Assembly (NCBI GenBank): GCA_958009085.1
Contig: OY253683.1
Span: 558,001 to 622,000 of the forward strand
Origin: Protoeuglena noctilucae
Lineage: Eukaryota
Length of the DNA: 64,000 nucleotides
Reading direction: 5' to 3'
In this document: in pieces, positions 58,272-64,000 of the stretch
How positions within the stretch are numbered: position 1 is the stretch's first letter
Layout: each line of letters begins with the position of its first letter
Program-made: the position numbers and the translations under genes
The notes under the pieces: generated by a model
Seen by the model: only the letters and a program-made list of their open reading frames with translations
Databases searched by the model: none
What the model was told of the DNA's origin: nothing

Positions 58272-61200
58272 ATGCAGAGGGCTGCACTCCGCACCGCTCG
58301 GCTCGCGAGCCGTCGGAGCGCCGCGGGGGGGCATCATGGGTGTCCCCTGGCTTTCAGCGGATCGGCACAACGACGATGCCTCAGAGCGCACGGGTTGCTG
58401 GCCTCTCGGAGGACTCTCGGCTCCGGTGTGCCTCGTGGTCCGGGGCATGCAATCCTCTGCAGCGCCGCGCTCAGCAGGGCACAACGCCGCGTCTTCCCCG
58501 TCGCGCGTGTATCTTCTGCCCCTTTGGTAACATCTACTGCGGGCGATCGTGATTCGACGCGTCCCGAGGGCAAGGCGGGGATCACACCCCGGTCCACAGG
58601 TGAGCCCCGCTCCGCGCGGTCGCTGGAGGCCGCCCTGTGTGTGCGGAATGGGAGCGGACGCTGCGTATCTAAACTTGTGATGTCGCAGTGTTTCTGGATG
58701 TCGGCGGGATGAAGTGCGGGGGCTGCTCGGCGTCTGTGAAGCGCGTGCTGTCGAAGAGCGAGCTCGTGGAGAGCGCGGCCGTGAACCTGCTGACCGAGAC
58801 AGCGGCCGTGAAACTGCGGCCAGGCATCCGCGTCGACGACGCCGAGCGTCGGTTGGCGGAGCTCGTCACGAACGCTGGCTTCCCATCACAAGTCCGCCAG
58901 CAGCAAGGTCCGGATGGGGACAGGGGCGGCTTAGGAAGCGCTGCTGGGCCCGACAGCTCAGTCGCTTCCGACACGCACGCGTCCGCCTCGCGCCCGCAGA
59001 GTGGGCTTTCGAGTCGGAGGACACGGCCCAGCAGCGGAGGGAGGCGGTGCAGCGTGCCACGCGGGACGTGGTCACGGCGTGGATCCTGGCCATCGTCTGC
59101 TGCTCCCACCACCTCGGCCACATGTTCCATGCGGTAGGCCTCCACTCCCTCGCGCACTCGGAGGTCATGGGCGTCCTCGCCAACCCCTGGGTGGCGGGCA
59201 CCCTGGGCGCCGCTGCTTTGCTGGGCCCGGGCCGCGCCCTCGTCACGGAGGGGTTCCAGAGCCTCGCCCGAGGCAACCCCAACATGAACTCTCTCGTGGG
59301 CCTCGGCTGCACGGCCTCATTCGGGTAAGTGGCCCGCCGCGCCCCGGCAGCGCTCATCACAATGAAGCGGGGCATCTGTTCCTCGAGCCATCGCGCCCGC
59401 GTCCCCGCAGGACGGGCGTGGTGTCCCAAGTCGTCCCCGGAGTGGGCATGCAGTCGGGCTTCCTGGAAGAGCCCGCAATGCTTTTGGCCTTCGTCCTCCT
59501 GGGCCGTGCCTTGGAGGCCCGTGCCCGGGCCAAGGCGGCCGAGGACCTGCGGGATCTGGCGACGCTGCTGCCGAGGGAGGCCCGCCTGGTGGCGGCCGAC
59601 GCAGCCACCCCGGAGTCTCTGCTGCAGGCCGACACGCTCGAGGTGCCCACGCGGGCGCTGCGGCAGGGGGACCTGGTGCGGGTCATGCCGGGGGAGCGGG
59701 TGCCCGTGGACGGGGAGGTGCTCGCCGGGACGTCGGGTGAGGCCCGGCGCGGCAGCTGCAGGTGCTGGCTGGGAGTCTCCATCTTTTACGCGTCACTGCC
59801 TGCCCCCTGCGACCTCACGCACGCAGCCACCGACGAGTCCCTTCTGACGGGAGAGGCAGCCCTGGTTGCCAAGCGCATGGGGAGCACGGTAACGGCGGGG
59901 ACCGTCAACTACGAGGGCCCCATCGTCGTCCGGGCCACCAGCACGGGGCAGGACAGCTCTTTGGCTGGCATCGGCCGACTGGTGAGCGTCGGTCACCGCG
60001 CAGCATCGGTCGCTTGGCCTTGCTATGCTCACTGGCCGTACCTCATCGCTTTCCTCCTCATCTCCTCTGCCAGGTGGCCAGCGCCCAGAGCCGGGAGGCA
60101 CCGGTGCAGCGGACGGCGGACGTGGTGGCGGGCAGGTTCTGCTACGGCATCATCGCCGCGTCCGTCGCCACCTTTGCCTTCTGGGCTACGATGGGGGGCT
60201 CCCTTGCCCCAGGCACGTCTCGCTTCAAGGCCTGGCAATGGAAGGGTCGTAATGAGAGACGTAGCATGACGCTTTTCGACCCCTCTCTCGCAGGCATCGC
60301 GACGAGCTCCAGCTTCCTGGCCGCCAAGCTGGCCGTGGACGTGCTGGTGGTGGCCTGCCCCTGTGCGCTCGGCCTGGCCACCCCGACGGCTGTGCTGGTG
60401 GCGTCTTCGGTGGGAGCCAAGCGGGGCCTCCTCATCCGCGGCGGTGACGTCCTCGAAGCCCTGTCGCGGGTGGACACGGTCGTGCTGGACAAGACGGGCA
60501 CCCTCACCCGCGGACGCATGTCTTTGGCGGGGGTGCGCGCCCTCCCCGAGGCATCGATGACCGAGGACCAGGCAAGGAGGGGAGATACAGTGAATAAGAC
60601 CTGCGCCGTGTGAAGTGTGACGGAGGGGGCATGGCCGGTGCACCCCTCGTCATGTGCTGTCAGCTGAGGGTCTCATGCTCAAGGGCTCCCCGTCTGCAGG
60701 TGCTGGCGGTGGCTGCCAGCGCAGAGGCGACCACGGAGCACCCCGTGGCAGCCGCGGTGGTGACGGCAGCGCGGGAGCGGGGACTGCCGGTGGTGCCAGG
60801 GAGCCGCGCAATGACCGTGCCGGGCCAGGGCGTGGTGGCTGAGGTGGAGGGGTCGCTCGTGGCAGTGGGGCAACCATCGTGGGCGCTGCAGGCGGCCAGG
60901 TGCGGAGGGAGGACGCTTGAACATTCCAAGTGTATCCCCCGCGCACAGGGCGCGTCGGGATCTCCGTGACACGACGTGAACGCACCCAACTCCCCGTCGG
61001 CGCAGGTGCGGGGCGGAGGGCCCCACGGGTGCCGAGGCGGCGATGGAGGCGCTGGTGGGCCTCATGACCGGGGCTTCATCTGCCCAGACGGCCGTGTGCG
61101 TGGCCGTGGAGGGCCGTGGCATTGTCGGGGGCCTCGTGTTGACAGACGAGCTTCGCCCCGACGCACGCTGGACCGTGGCCGAGCTGTCCTCCCGCCTCGG

Positions 61201-61926
61201 ATGCCGCGTGCTCGTTTTGTCTGGCGACAGGTGAGCGCTGGCCGCCCTTGTCCCGCACGACCGCGCCGCTGCCCGTGCCACCCTGGGTTGCACCCACGCG
61301 TGCCTCCTCCGTCACATTTGCAGGGAGGACACGGTGAAGAGCGTCGCGGTGCAGGCGGGGATCCCGGCCGCCGTGGCGTCTGGAGGCCTCTCGCCCCAGG
61401 GCAAGGCGGAGGTGGTGCGGCGGCTGCAGGACGGGGGCCAGACGGTGGCCATGGTCGGGGACGGCGTGAACGACGCGCCCGCCATGGCGTTTGCCAGCGT
61501 CGGGGTGGCGATGCGCGGGGGACTGGACGCTGCGGGCGAGGCCGCGGGCGTCGTGCTTATGGGCGACCGCCTGGGTCAGGTGGTGGAGGCCATCGACCTG
61601 TCACGCGCGGCTGCTGCCACCATCCGGCAGAACCTGGCCTGGGCGCTCGCGTACAACGCCGTGGGCATCCCTCTCGCTGCGGGGGCCCTGCTGCCCAGCC
61701 TCGGTGTGGTGAGCGGGCATGCGGCTGGGCGCGTGCTGCGCAGTGTGGCGCCGCATGTGACGTGGGAGCCTTGGCCTCTCCGCAGCTGCTCGACCCGTCC
61801 GTCGCCGGAGGTATGATGGCTCTCTCGTCCATCTTCGTCGTCTCCAATTCGCTTCTCCTCAGGGCGCGGCAGGGCGGATGGTCGGGTCGGCCGCAGACCG
61901 CCGCCCCCGTGCGCCAGAGCGTATGA
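58272..61926 (+). CDS. Chloroplast copper-transporting P1B-ATPase (PAA1/PAA2, HMA6/8 family)
   Basis: Transit-like start; HMA motif GMKCGGC; PNMNSLVGLG; DESLLTGE; VVACPCALGLATP; DKTGTLT; EHP; MVGDGVNDAPA; YN...MALSS. Confidence 0.95.
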
Positions 61927-62036
61927 ACTCTGGCATTTTTCTAGGTAGCCCCAGCCAGCCACCTCCTCCTGCGCATCCTAGGAATCTCTCGAGTTCTGAA
62001 TGGTTGCGCATCGTGTTGAATTGCCTCCCGTGACTC

Positions 62037-62041
62037 TGTAA
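62037..62041 (+). promoter_or_regulatory. Candidate chlorophyte poly(A) signal TGTAA
   Basis: TGTAA about 110 nt downstream of the Cu-ATPase stop codon in an AT-richer stretch. Confidence 0.4.
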
Positions 62042-62329
62042 TCGTGTCGTGCTGCGGCGTGTCGTCCATGGACCGCTGGTTGGCCGCTGGCCGCCCTGTA
62101 TCGTGATCTTTGATCTGGCGTCGTTCGCCTTACCTCCGTCGGAGGCTTCGCCACGCGGAGGCACCCGTCCTGGGGGCGCAGGGTCAATAATCATGAGCAC
62201 TGCAGGGTGAGCGGAGCTTCGCGGGGAGGAAGAGAAAGCCGCTCGAGCGCGCACTGCCTCGAGATGCTGCTGGCGATGACGACGATTGCCGCGCGGACTT
62301 GCTGGCGAGCGAGATGGGCAAGCGCACTC

Positions 62330-64000
62330 CATGACCCTCTTGTGTCTCGGCGCGGGGGGCGGAGGGACGGAAGGGGGCGTATCGCGAGGCCATAAATTCG
62401 CTCTTATTCCATGGCAGGCCGCGAGCTCGCGCTACCGTGACCTCGCAGAGATTTCCCACCAGGCTACGGGGACGATGGTTTGGCCCGGGCTTTCACCGCC
62501 CCCACGGCGGCACTGTTCGGAAGGCCGGCGCCGAGCCCACGAGGGAAGACCTCCGTATCATCGGAGGCGAGGGGTGACTCTTCTCCGCCGCTGGGCCAGT
62601 CCCCAGCGCGGCGGTCAATTACGCCCCAGTCCAACCGGCCCCAGTACAGCAGGTGGGCCTTGGGGACGCGAATCGCGAACGTATGTATCGACAATCGCGC
62701 AGTGGTGGGTCGGCAAGGTCCTTGAAGCCCTCGGTCCGCACGGATGCGGGGGTAGTCGGCGTGCGCCCCTTCACGCACCCGCTGCGATCGATGCGCGCAG
62801 CACGACAGAGAGCAAGGACGTCCGAGACGATGAGGACTCGGCGGGACCGTCGGCCCAGGGCAGCGCGAGGGACATCACCCTCCGGGCCATGACCATGCGC
62901 CGCCACCGCAAGGCCGATACCATCTTCCGCTCCAAGTTCGGCATCCCGGAGGGGGAGTTATTCCTGGACGAGTACCACTGCGCGCTGCAGAAGAAGATGC
63001 TGATCCAGGCGAGGGCGCAGTCACTCGCACGGCCGACCCCTTCTCGCGCAAGGGGTGCGCGACCCAGGGCTGCTCGCCTCTTCAGCCTTCTGAGAACCCA
63101 CGCTCGTCCCGCTCGCCCCCGCGTGCAGGGCCGCATGTATATCTTCGAGCACTTCGTGACTTTCTACGCCAACATCTTCGGGGTTCAGAAGGTCAAGGTC
63201 ATGGCGCTCAAGGACGTGACGGCCGTGCGCAAGGCCAAGACGCTGGGGCTGCCCAACGCCATCGAGATCACGCACAGGGGCAAGGTCGAGTTCTTCACGT
63301 CCTTCCTGGTGAGAAGGGCCGGGGTTGTCAGGCAGACGCGGCGGCAGGCGTGCATCGGCGGGCGTCCTGCCCAGAGATGCTGGGAACACGCCGTGCCCGC
63401 GATGCTCGCGGTGCGCGTGGGCGTGACGCGCGCCCTCGCCCCCGCAGTCCCGCGACGAGGCGTACCGGGTGGTGTGCTCCGCGTGGGGCAGGACCTCCGC
63501 CTATGCCAAGCTGTACCTGGGAGCCCAGGCCCTGGGGAGCTCGCCTTCGCTCGACTTCCCCGCGGGGTCCCAGCCCCGGGCGTCCGCGCTGGGCACCGCG
63601 GGCAGCCAGGAGGGGCTCCTGCAGGGTGGGCTCTCCTCCGTCGCGGCCATGGCGGCTGCCCTGGCCCACGGCGAGACAGACCGGGTGAGGAAAGGACGAT
63701 GCCATGCGAGAAGACGCATTGAGTGACTGACGGGCGAGAGGGTGCCAATAAACTCCCGTGGTTTGGGCGGTGATGCGACTGCGGCCGAGCGGCGAGTTTG
63801 CCTGCGTGGTCCTTTGCAGGAGGACGAGGACGACGAGGGTGACTCGACGCAGAATCTGCGGTGGGCGCCCCAGCACGGGCAGCCGCCCCCGCCCCGCGAG
63901 GAGCTCAAGAGCATCGCCACGTCGACGCTGCAGTGCTCGGCGGAGACGGTGTGCAGCAAGTTCCTCAGGTGAGGGGCCAGCATGCCTGGCGCGAGTGGTA
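62330..64000 (+). CDS. GRAM-domain protein (VAD1/LAM-like), 3'-truncated by the window edge
   Basis: FRSKFGIPEGELFLDEYHCALQKKMLIQ|GRMYIFEHFVTFYANIFG...GLPNAIEI...FFTSFL|SRDEAY. Start approximate. Confidence 0.85.

Overview
This is very GC-rich, gene-dense eukaryotic nuclear DNA, most likely from a compact green alga (chlorophyte). That inference rests on plant-type ACR11/12, PAA-type Cu-ATPase and MCM6 genes together with flagellar IFT139 and many short spliceosomal introns. About 21 intron-containing protein genes can be assembled by hand, and most ORFs in the supplied track are GC-driven shadows or exon/intron read-throughs. No rRNA, tRNA, CRISPR array or transposon was recognised. The main observations are: (1) about 20 introns need non-canonical AG|GC donors; (2) a small stand-alone protein resembles the FLASH/CASP8AP2 N-terminal histone-mRNA-processing domain and lies head-to-head with MCM6; (3) a DNA 3'-phosphatase is fused to a Pol-X 8-kDa HhH domain; (4) a very large Ser/Thr kinase ends in a dual-specificity-phosphatase-like domain lacking the catalytic motif; (5) convergent genes are packed very tightly, including a possible antisense CDS overlap. 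Gene spans include introns, and 5' ends are approximate. All family assignments come from recalled motifs, not from database searches.
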